Source of the DNA: a bacterium UBP10_UBA1149
GTDB taxonomy: Bacteria > Desulfobacterota > Binatia > UBA1149
Reading direction: 5' to 3'
Length of the DNA stretch: 45,679 bases
NCBI GenBank assembly: GCA_002311335.1
Contig: DBZX01000055.1
Span: 1-45,679 of the forward strand
Of this stretch, positions 35,401 through 41,994 are shown one piece after another (the stretch's first letter is position 1; each line of letters begins with the position of its first letter). The translations under genes and the position numbers were made by a program. Below the pieces are notes generated by a model. That model did no database searches. It was not told the origin of the DNA and saw only the letters and a list, made by a program, of their open reading frames with translations.

Positions 35401-37449
35401 TCCGCTCAGGCTCCAGTCAGCACTTCCAAGGTCATGGCCAGCCACCCACGCTCCACCGCCCGATTCCATGTCGTCCGAAAACGCTACCTGCGTACCCGAG
35501 CCCGGGCCCACCAGTACCTGGTAGCTGCGCTGGGCCTGTGCCCCGGCCGCCAGCGAGAAGGTCGCCCAGCTCACCGTGCCGCCCGATTCCGAGCCGCCGT
35601 CACTGGCCGAGCCGGCGATATAGCTAGAGCCCGAAGGCACGGTGGCCGACAGGGTCACACCTGTAAGGCCCGATCCGCCGGTGTTGGTGGCCGTTACGGT
35701 GTAGGTCAGGGCTGAGCCGGCAAACGCGGGGTCGTCGGAGGGTACTATGCCGACAGACAGGGTTGACGGCGGGGTACATGCAGCACCGCTCAATATCCCG
35801 CGGTCACAGAACGCCGTCCGGATAGTCGCGTCGTCCAACCCGGAGTAGAGGTTGACGTTTGCCTGCAGCAGGGCCAGTGCCGCGTCCGTCATCGTTGCGT
35901 TACACGGTACCGAGAAGTGGTGCTCCAGCACCAGCGTGTCGGCCTTGGTCGCGCCAAGTGCCAGCCTTATGTCCCACAGGGCGCGCGACCAGATTTCTCC
36001 GTCTGCGTGTACTGAGCCCACCAGGTCTCCGGGGTAGGTCTTGTTGCCGTCAACGCGCCTGAGGCAGGCTGGGTTTCCCGAGCCAAAGGAGGTGGCGTCC
36101 CAGTCGCCCACGCAGGCCGCGTGCGAAGCCTGGTAGGTGGCGTCGCCTTCGGGCAGGTAGAAACTGGCGGCCAGGTAGTCGCCGAAGCCCTCGCCCATGG
36201 CGCCCATATCCCCGCCACCCCAGCAGGCATTCTGGTCGTGCTGGACGGCGTGCCCGTACTCGTGGGCAACGATATCGGCGTCCTCTCCGTCGTCGACACC
36301 GCCGTCACCGAAGTGCACGGCGTCGTCGCCAGTGGAGTAGTAGGACTGGTCGTCAGCAAACCAGTGGGCGTTGGCCAGCGTTGGAAAGTCTCGAATGCCG
36401 TTGGCCGGTGGCGTGTCGTCGTCAAAGCCGAGCGAATGGAACCAACGCTGCAGTGAGTCGATGGAGTGGTAGATGGTTACTTCTTCGAAACGATCGTCGT
36501 CGCGATCATAGTTATAGACACGGCTGGGTTCGTCGGCCACGGTCACAACGAGACCTCCAGTCAGCGTGAGATCGACGTATTCTCCTTTGATACGGCCGGT
36601 TCCCGCGTCCAGCCCCAGCAGCGTAACCGCGCTTCGCTGGGCGTCCAGGGTTGCGCTGGTCAAGTCCGAATTGTCGGTGAGACCGGTGTTTCCCGACGTT
36701 TGCACCGGGTTAGGCAGGAAGACCAGGCCGCTGCCGGTGTCAAAGGCAATGCGGTTTTCCTGGAACAGTATCTTGCCGGTGACACCGTCGACAACGGTGA
36801 GAAAATCTCCCAGCGGTTCGGCCGCCCAGATCCACAGCTCGTGTGCCACCCTGAGAGTGCCGTCGGCGGCTGCGAACCACACCAGCCGGTGGTCGTGACG
36901 CATGCGTTTGACCGTCACGCCTGCCGCCGTAAGCGCCGCGCGCCGGGCGGCGGCGCGACGAACCCTTGGTCGCCTGGGCTTGCTTATCGGCGCGACGCTG
37001 TAGTTTGTGTGCAGGGCCTGCACCTCCCCTGAAGGCCCCTGGTGCACCGACAGCCACGCGTTGAACACCGGCCTTCGATTTACGGTCTGTTCAAAACGGG
37101 TATGGGCGCTGGCCAGTCCGCGCTTGATCTGCACAGTCCTGAGACCGGCCACGCCCTCGGCGTCCATTTTCAGCGCGAACGAGTATTGCTCGAGGAAGTC
37201 GCGCGCGGTCTGTTCGGGGGTATCAAGGGATCCACTGGCAGAGCAGGTCCGGTAGCTTCGGCGCTGGGTCATGTCGATGGTCTTGGCGTTGGGTTGCAGC
37301 AGGCAGGGAAGCCGTAGCGAATCTTCGGGGTGACGGCCGGTGTCACCCGCGATCAGTTGGGCAGGTGACGGGGCTACCGCGACCGAGCTGAGGGCCAGTG
37401 TAGCCATGGCCAGGAAGGCCAGGGGACGGGCGGTAAAAAACCTTTTCAA
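32476..37449 (-). CDS. giant secreted mosaic protein: propeptide, M36-like (HEYGH) zinc metalloprotease, CARDB/DUF11-like domain, jelly-roll domain interrupted by an LVIVD (choice-of-anchor-B-like) beta-propeller, cysteine-rich repeats, Cys/Lys-rich helical tail
   Basis: TTG start 37449 (AGGAAAAG 4 nt upstream). Signal peptide MKRFFTARPLAFLAMATLALSSVAVAPSPAQ. FTP/PepSY-like propeptide: ARDFLEQYSFALKMD...HTRFEQTVNRRPVFNA. Zinc site: DIVAHEYGHAVQHD...GEGFGDYLAASF...HADGEIWSRALWD. DUF11-like segment: LTYTVTATNTGGSGLTGVTL. Propeller segment: DSWGWTDSTTGSEYAIAGRSTGTSFLDVTDPAAPV...VYIVSE...MQVFDL. Cys repeats run from CGNGVTDPGEDCDDSG... to ...DGCSDEC (about 33238-33705). Confidence 0.85.
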   Translation of the reverse strand: MKRFFTARPLAFLAMATLALSSVAVAPSPAQLIAGDTGRHPEDSLRLPCLLQPNAKTIDMTQRRSYRTCSASGSLDTPEQTARDFLEQYSFALKMDAEGVAGLRTVQIKRGLASAHTRFEQTVNRRPVFNAWLSVHQGPSGEVQALHTNYSVAPISKPRRPRVRRAAARRAALTAAGVTVKRMRHDHRLVWFAAADGTLRVAHELWIWAAEPLGDFLTVVDGVTGKILFQENRIAFDTGSGLVFLPNPVQTSGNTGLTDNSDLTSATLDAQRSAVTLLGLDAGTGRIKGEYVDLTLTGGLVVTVADEPSRVYNYDRDDDRFEEVTIYHSIDSLQRWFHSLGFDDDTPPANGIRDFPTLANAHWFADDQSYYSTGDDAVHFGDGGVDDGEDADIVAHEYGHAVQHDQNACWGGGDMGAMGEGFGDYLAASFYLPEGDATYQASHAACVGDWDATSFGSGNPACLRRVDGNKTYPGDLVGSVHADGEIWSRALWDIRLALGATKADTLVLEHHFSVPCNATMTDAALALLQANVNLYSGLDDATIRTAFCDRGILSGAACTPPSTLSVGIVPSDDPAFAGSALTYTVTATNTGGSGLTGVTLSATVPSGSSYIAGSASDGGSESGGTVSWATFSLAAGAQAQRSYQVLVGPGSGTQVAFSDDMESGGGAWVAGHDLGSADWSLSGSNPFGGKGSRNSVPTTTVGATACIDDKADVFSCNSVDLEQFFPMSAIGGGDGNDSWGWTDSTTGSEYAIAGRSTGTSFLDVTDPAAPVYLGDLPAHNGVASDWRDMKVYADHVYIVSEASGHGMQVFDLTGLRSVASPPVTFSETAHYPNFGNAHNIAINEDTGFAYVVGSGTCSAGLHMIDLSSPASPVQAGCYSGDGYTHDVQCVVYAGPDSAYSGREICFAFNENTLTIVDVEDKSSPVQVSRTGYSGVTYTHQGWLTEDHAYVLLNDELDEAYGGHNTRTYIVDVSDLDAPVFGASYTSHLPSIDHNLYIKNGYAYESNYTTGLRIIDLSDIANGNLCEVASFDIYPASDAVGFAGAWNVYPFFASGTIIISSIEGLTLVTPDLSSPTCFDPGSGSGQSWFAPDPDIESDLWVRTASPIAVAGTPTLTFWHDYNTENGYDGGVVEISDDGGSSWSDLGSAMTANGYNSSLNTCCSNPLGGRQAFTGNGGGYLQTSVDLSAWAGEQVLLRWRMGSDSSIPGTGWYLDNVEIATEVSLSASGQGSSNEGQSGSQTVVTEVTSSCGNGVTDPGEDCDDSGESATCDADCTAATCGDQAVNPTAGEQCDDGNLDDTDACPSTCLDATCGDSFVQAGVEECDNGPANSNSTPDACRTDCSNPFCGDSVQDSGEQCDDGNSSNTDACTANCLGAFCGDGYIEQGVESCDDGNNTPGDGCSDECATEVAPDKAQQACIVLVNKAASKVAKARGKLVKGCMKAAAKGDTAGAQACITTDPKGKVAKARQKLSDTVLSKCQSPPSFGFTDATTAGDGAEDGELSLVAGLLGNDLSSAALTTAENRDGARCQATVQFSASKLSFSVHKLFQACKKSGLKAGSFTGSAQLAGCFDVLATDSSGKLARARDKTSSKMTKTCASVDVSQTLPGSCSTSPDGTAAADCAVEVTLCETCQELNVIDNMAYDCDQFDNNLADGSCS

Positions 37450-37464
37450 CTACTTTTCCTGTCG

Positions 37465-37489
37465 GCGCGTGCGTGCGTGCGTGCGTGCG
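37465..37489. repeat. tetranucleotide microsatellite (GCGT)x5.75 within a 25-nt perfectly alternating purine-pyrimidine tract
   Basis: GCGCGTGCGTGCGTGCGTGCGTGCG read directly. It lies 16-40 nt upstream of the TTG start (37449) of the giant protease gene and immediately upstream of its SD. Confidence 0.9.
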
Positions 37490-37866
37490 GAACGCGCAAG
37501 CGCAGAATAATCCACCTCCCCCCCATATGGAAAGGGCAAAAACAGTTAAATGAGGTTATTTCTCCTACCGAACCCCCCCGGCCGGGGGTAGGGGGTGCGC
37601 AGGTCCCATTGCCTGCCGACCAGCGACCGATACGCGGGCCCTGACCATAGTGAAGTGATAGCAGCGCCGTAGGTGCCTTTTCGGGCCGGGGCATCCACAG
37701 CGGTCATATCGGAGTAAGCAGGCGATTTTGCGTGAGCCGGACCCTTTCAGCCTGTAAGTGTGCGCAACATGCAGCGCCGCGTCAAAATAGAGCAGGTCGG
37801 GGGGTATTGGCCGAGGGTCGCTTTCCAAGGGGGCTGCCAGCCTGCGCGGCGCGTTAAAATCAAAGA

Positions 37867-37894
37867 TTGATCGAAAGACGCCAGGCAATCTAAT
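37867..37894 (+). promoter_or_regulatory. putative sigma70-type promoter for the small membrane-protein gene
   Basis: TTGATC (37867-37872), a 16-nt spacer, then TCTAAT (37889-37894). The -35 element lies inside the palindrome ATCAAAGATTGAT (37859-37871). It is about 100 nt upstream of ATG 37991. Sequence match only. Confidence 0.3.
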
Positions 37895-37990
37895 TTGTCC
37901 CGGAACGCCAAGCGAAGCGCTACCGGCTGCTAGACTGGGGGGACAGGCTCCAACCTGATCGGAGTAATAACGGATACAGTGGAGGTGAAA

Positions 37991-38221
37991 ATGCTCGAAG
38001 TAGTAAAAAAAGCACTCAAGGAAATAACTGAACTGGGCGTGTTGCTGGTGGCGCTGGCCATCGTCATGCAGATCCTGTTTGGCCAGGCGGTGCCCTTCGT
38101 GGGCGGCGACGTGGTGGCCAACATTACGGGATTGATAGCCACGCTCGGAGATAATGGCTTGGTCGGCTTGATGTCATTGGGCGTCATACTGTACCTGTTC
38201 CAGAAAAAGGGAGCTGCCTGA
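37991..38221 (+). CDS. small two-TM membrane protein, unknown function
   Basis: ATG 37991 follows GGAGGTG. 76 aa: MLEVVKKALKEITELGVLLVALAIVMQILFG...LVGLMSLGVILYLFQKKGAA. A strong intrinsic terminator follows, so it appears to be a self-contained monocistronic unit. Confidence 0.6.
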   Translation: MLEVVKKALKEITELGVLLVALAIVMQILFGQAVPFVGGDVVANITGLIATLGDNGLVGLMSLGVILYLFQKKGAA

Positions 38222-38250
38222 AGCAGCGGACTGATTGCTGAGAAAGTTGG

Positions 38251-38282
38251 CGGGCGTCCCTTGCGGGGCGCCCGTTTTTTTT
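38251..38282 (+). terminator. Rho-independent terminator
   Basis: CGGGCGTCC-CTTGCG-GGGCGCCCG forms a 9-bp GC-rich stem including one G.T pair. A run of eight T follows immediately (38275-38282). Confidence 0.85.
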
Positions 38283-38436
38283 GCGCCTGAATAACGACCC
38301 GCGCGTGCCTGATTGCTCACAGGCGGGGGTGTGCTGCCAAGAACCGGGGCTGTTGCCGACAGCTGGGAGTAATCCTTCCGCGGCCTGGCCGGTCAACTCG
38401 ACATACCGGGGGGTTACGGCAATCGTCGGCGGCACT

Positions 38437-39204
38437 ATGGCGAAAACAGCTTTCATCACCGGGGCGAGCTCCGGGATAGGACGCGCGCTGGCCCATGAGC
38501 TCGCAGGGCGTGGTTGGGACCTGGGATTGGCCGCGCGCAGGGTGCAGGCGCTCGAAGAACTCAAGGACGAGATTCTCGCGCGGACAGGAGGCAGCGAGCG
38601 GCGTGTTGAAACCCGCTCGCTCGATGTCACCGACACCGGCGCGGTACGCGTTGTAATGCAGGAACTGGACGGAGCACTGGGTGGGCTGGACATGGTGGTG
38701 GCAAACGCGGGAGTGGCGCTTAATCACAAGATCGGCAGCCCTGGTTTCGAGCGCGATGAGCAGACGATACATACCAACCTGCTCGGCGCCATGGCGACCG
38801 TGGACGCGGCGGCCGAGATATTCAACGAGACCGGGGGTGGACACATCGTTGCCCTGTCGTCGGTCGCGGCCTACAGGGGCATGCCGGGGCTGGGGGCTTA
38901 CTCGGCCAGCAAGGCCGCGCTGCTCAAGTACTGCGAGGCGGCCAGGGTCGAGCTGCGAGGCCGCGGCACAAGGGTCACGACCCTGCTGCCGGGTTATATA
39001 GACACGCCGCTTAACCAGGACATGAAGTCGAGGCCCTTTCTCGTGTCTGCGGAAGTCGGTGCCAGGCGTATAGCCGACCTCATCGAGCGCGGCGTCAGTA
39101 CCTCGACGGTGCCGGTCATGCCCTGGAGCGTGTTCGGTCTGCTCATGCGCGCAGTGCCCGACTTTCTCTGGGACCGCATGCTCGGTGGACCACGGCGCGG
39201 GTAG
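38437..39204 (+). CDS. short-chain dehydrogenase/reductase (SDR) family oxidoreductase
   Basis: Start moved to ATG 38437 (MAKTAFITGASSGIGRALAHELAGRG, the TGxxxGxG Rossmann motif). NAG, the catalytic S...YSASK and the PGYIDTP motif are present. The 52-aa N-terminal extension in the track (TTG 38281) overlaps the terminator and is rejected. Confidence 0.9.
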   Translation: MAKTAFITGASSGIGRALAHELAGRGWDLGLAARRVQALEELKDEILARTGGSERRVETRSLDVTDTGAVRVVMQELDGALGGLDMVVANAGVALNHKIGSPGFERDEQTIHTNLLGAMATVDAAAEIFNETGGGHIVALSSVAAYRGMPGLGAYSASKAALLKYCEAARVELRGRGTRVTTLLPGYIDTPLNQDMKSRPFLVSAEVGARRIADLIERGVSTSTVPVMPWSVFGLLMRAVPDFLWDRMLGGPRRG

Positions 39205-39321
39205 CCTCGCCGGGGTCTGGAAACCGCGGACGGCGACAACGAGGATGCCTGACGCGGCCACCGCAGAGCCCGGGCGGATCCCAATTAAACATTCAAAGCG
39301 CGCGAACAGTCATCTTACCAG

Positions 39322-39337
39322 GATCATTGCTATGATC
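39322..39337. promoter_or_regulatory. perfect 6-4-6 palindrome GATCATTGCTATGATC upstream of hupE (candidate operator)
   Basis: Seen directly, about 90 nt upstream of ATG 39428 and inside the AT-rich islet. It matches no operator consensus I know. It does not have Fur 7-1-7 spacing, and it is not NikR-, Zur- or B12-box-like. Confidence 0.3.
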
Positions 39338-39427
39338 GAGGAAGGGCGACCCCGTGTGGGGGTAGCGCGGCAACCACGAATAAAAGCCCGAACTAAAAGA
39401 AATCACTGGATATCTGCAGGAGTAACC

Positions 39428-40261
39428 ATGAAAGCAATTTGTCTAAGCTTGTTGAGCTTTTTATTCGGCAGTAATGCCTTTGCCCACAGCATGTCAGAGG
39501 CAGATAAAGCCACGGCCCTGGAAGCCGGTAATTGGGAATACCTCGAGCTCGGCGCAAGCCACATGATAACCGGCTATGACCACCTGTTGTTTCTATTCGG
39601 TGTCATTTTTTTCCTTACGCGTTTCAAGGATATCGTTAAGTTCGTAACGGCCTTTACTATCGGTCACTCCATCACGCTGGTTTTTGCCACTCTCTATCAT
39701 ATCCAGGCGAACTACTTTCTCGTCGACGCAGTGATTGCCCTCACGGTAATGTACAAAGGCTTCGACAACCTGGATGGTTTTAAGAAATACCTGGATGTTA
39801 AAGCACCCAACCTGGCGTGGATGGTCTTTGCCTTTGGCCTGGTTCATGGTTTTGGCCTATCAACCCGCCTGCAAATGCTGCCGCTGGCCGAAGAAGGGTT
39901 GGTGCTTCGTATTCTTTCATTCAACCTTGGTGTTGAACTTGGCCAGGTTGCTGCCCTCAGCGTTATGCTGTTCGCACTATCTGGTTGGCGCAAAAGGGCA
40001 TCGTTTAAAAAGTTCAGCAATGCTGCCAACAGCGTACTCGTTTTTGCTGGTTTTCTGCTCCTCTTGATGCAGCTGCATGGCTACCAGCACACCAGCCACC
40101 CGCACGAATTTTCAATCAACAAGGATGACCTCGCCCACGTGCATAAGGACACGGTTGCACCGATAGCACCTGATCCGCCCGCTCATGAGGGGCATGAAAA
40201 GAAAATCAATCCATCGCCAAAGGGACACAGTCACGGCCATGGCAAACCTCATTCACACTGA
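39428..40261 (+). CDS. hupE: HupE/UreJ-family (HupE_UreJ_2-like) metal (Ni/Co-type) transporter with histidine-rich C-terminal tail
   Basis: ATG 39428 follows AGGAG. Signal peptide MKAICLSLLSFLFGSNAFAHS. GASHMITGYDHLLFLFGVIFF, FTIGHSITL and GLVHGFGLS fit HupE/UreJ-type proteins. The tail HGYQHTSHPHEF...AHEGHEKK...KGHSHGHGKPHSH is His-rich. Codon usage is visibly AT-richer than in all neighbouring genes. Confidence 0.8.
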   Translation: MKAICLSLLSFLFGSNAFAHSMSEADKATALEAGNWEYLELGASHMITGYDHLLFLFGVIFFLTRFKDIVKFVTAFTIGHSITLVFATLYHIQANYFLVDAVIALTVMYKGFDNLDGFKKYLDVKAPNLAWMVFAFGLVHGFGLSTRLQMLPLAEEGLVLRILSFNLGVELGQVAALSVMLFALSGWRKRASFKKFSNAANSVLVFAGFLLLLMQLHGYQHTSHPHEFSINKDDLAHVHKDTVAPIAPDPPAHEGHEKKINPSPKGHSHGHGKPHSH

Positions 40262-40348
40262 TCCAGGTGGAAATAGCGCAAAAGATTCCCACTAACGGGT
40301 TTCTAGAGGGTTGCCGTGATCGACAAAGCAAAGTTCCTAGATAGAAGG

Positions 40349-40438
<90 letters not shown>

Positions 40439-40503
40439 GTTAATAGTATCTTCGGACGCCCCGCGTTGAGTGTCCTCCATTGCCGGGTTGTCGGTCAGCC
40501 GGT

Positions 40504-41823
40504 TCAGCGGCTGGCCGAGAGCAGTCCGGGAATGGAAAACCAGTCTTCGGAGGCAGCCGTGTCTACGTCGGGGCCGAGGTCGAGGTACCAGGCCGCCTCG
40601 TCCTGAAAGGCCAGCCCGGGTATTGCGACCCTCGTGCCGTGCATGAGCTGGGTGTCTATGACCGAGTAAGCGTAGGCAAACATTCGAGTCTCGTCGTACT
40701 CGAAATCAACCTTTGGGTTGGGCCGCTTCGAAGAGCGAAAACTGAGCATGACCGTTTTCCACAACTCTTCGCCCCGGTCGTAAAGATCCGACACGCTGAC
40801 CACGTTGGTTTCCTTGTCCAGGAAGATAATGCGCTTGCTGAACGCGTAGGTGGGGGACTTGGAGATACCCTCCACGATGTAGACCTCGGGGCGCATCTCC
40901 CACTTTTCGCAGAAGGTCATGCCACCGTCTCCCTTGCAGGGTTCGGGGGGTAGGCGCTCGCCGTGCAGCGACAGGTACATGGGCTTGACGCCCAGCAGTT
41001 TCCAGTCGAACCAGGGAATCTGCCCGGCGTAGCCGCCGAAGCTGTCCACGTCGATGTCCTGGCCGAACATGGCATCACTGCGCTGGGCGGTCGACATGCG
41101 TCGCACGCGACGGGTAAACGGAATGTACAGCCAGGTGTCGTCGTGGCGGCTTTGGTCCTGGTACCTGAAACTCACCCCACCCACGCCCTTGAGGTCAAAG
41201 GGTTCTATGAGAGGGTAGAGGCCGGCCTTGTAAAAGACATCGTCCTTGTTGGGCAACATCAGGGGCTTGGGTTCGTGTACCAGCCTGCCCTCGAAGCGCA
41301 TCACCCGCAGCCACTCGGGCACGAAGTGCCGCTCCACGTTGTAGTGGTTCTTTCCCTTCGAGTCGGTGTAGAGAGAGCCGGTGTCGGCATCCATGTAGTT
41401 AAGATCGAGCGATTCCGAGAAGTAGATGCTGCGCTCGAAGTTGTACATCACCTTCATGGCGGCGCGTGGGTCGTTGGGGTCAACGACGGGAAAGGGCTTG
41501 CCGGCCACCCAGTTCTTGACCAGCCCCTCATCGTTGAGCACCACCTGGCCGGAGTATTTTTCGGTGGCCTCGGAGTAGATGGCCGGCGGCGGAATGTGCT
41601 TGTAGGCCACGATGTCCATGGTCATGCCTTGTTCTACGCACCAGCGTACGCCCGGTGTGATGTAGTTGGCCACCTCGTGCACGTTGCTTTCCCTGATGGT
41701 TTCTCCCGGCTGGAGGATACCGGCCTGGGCGCCGGTAGCGGTCAGAAGCAGGGCCAGCATCACGGGAAACAGTACCGAAAAAACCGTCGTGACGGGGGCA
41801 GCATGGAGTGAAGGATGATTCAT
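40504..41823 (-). CDS. DUF1329 family (LolA-fold) periplasmic/outer-membrane-associated protein
   Basis: Start moved to ATG 41823 (MNHPSLHAAPVTTVFSVLFPVMLALLLTATGAQAG, a signal peptide). WVAGKPFPVVDPNDPRAAMKVMYNFE, DDTWLYIPFTRRVRRMSTAQRSD and FGQDIDVDSFGGY are characteristic of DUF1329 (PF07044) as I recall it. Confidence 0.8.
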   Translation of the reverse strand: MNHPSLHAAPVTTVFSVLFPVMLALLLTATGAQAGILQPGETIRESNVHEVANYITPGVRWCVEQGMTMDIVAYKHIPPPAIYSEATEKYSGQVVLNDEGLVKNWVAGKPFPVVDPNDPRAAMKVMYNFERSIYFSESLDLNYMDADTGSLYTDSKGKNHYNVERHFVPEWLRVMRFEGRLVHEPKPLMLPNKDDVFYKAGLYPLIEPFDLKGVGGVSFRYQDQSRHDDTWLYIPFTRRVRRMSTAQRSDAMFGQDIDVDSFGGYAGQIPWFDWKLLGVKPMYLSLHGERLPPEPCKGDGGMTFCEKWEMRPEVYIVEGISKSPTYAFSKRIIFLDKETNVVSVSDLYDRGEELWKTVMLSFRSSKRPNPKVDFEYDETRMFAYAYSVIDTQLMHGTRVAIPGLAFQDEAAWYLDLGPDVDTAASEDWFSIPGLLSASR

Positions 41824-41994
41824 CTGGGCGATATTGTACTGTTTACCGATGCAGCGCAAAGGCGTATCGCGGCCGGGTGGTGTAGGGCTTTCGTTGCCCG
41901 TTGGGGCGAACAATGATAGCTGCTTCGAGGCTGGATCGGTGCCGCGCCGCGGGTGACGCGGCGGCAGCGGTTTTCAGCGGTCGAGAACAGGGAC

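Noticed and set aside
39205-39300. Direct repeat of the tRNA-Ser 3' end (att-like) at the far boundary of the AT-rich islet
   Set aside because: The best candidate (GGGCGGATCCCAA versus GGGTGGGATTCGAA) needs a gap and several mismatches. No integrase or excisionase gene is present, so a mobile element cannot be claimed.
39185-39427. 81-codon N-terminal extension of the HupE ORF (track ORF 39185..40261)
   Set aside because: It overlaps the SDR gene end, crosses the GC-to-AT compositional boundary and precedes an obvious AGGAG-ATG start followed by a signal peptide at 39428.
41925-41990. Possible SRP (4.5S) RNA upstream of dnaX, a common ffs-dnaX arrangement, or a leader hairpin
   Set aside because: A long imperfect GC-rich hairpin exists (core CGCCGCG-GGTGA-CGCGGCG). 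However, the conserved domain IV signature (GGAA tetraloop flanked by AGGnCC and GGnAGCA) is absent. It should be left to a covariance-model scan.
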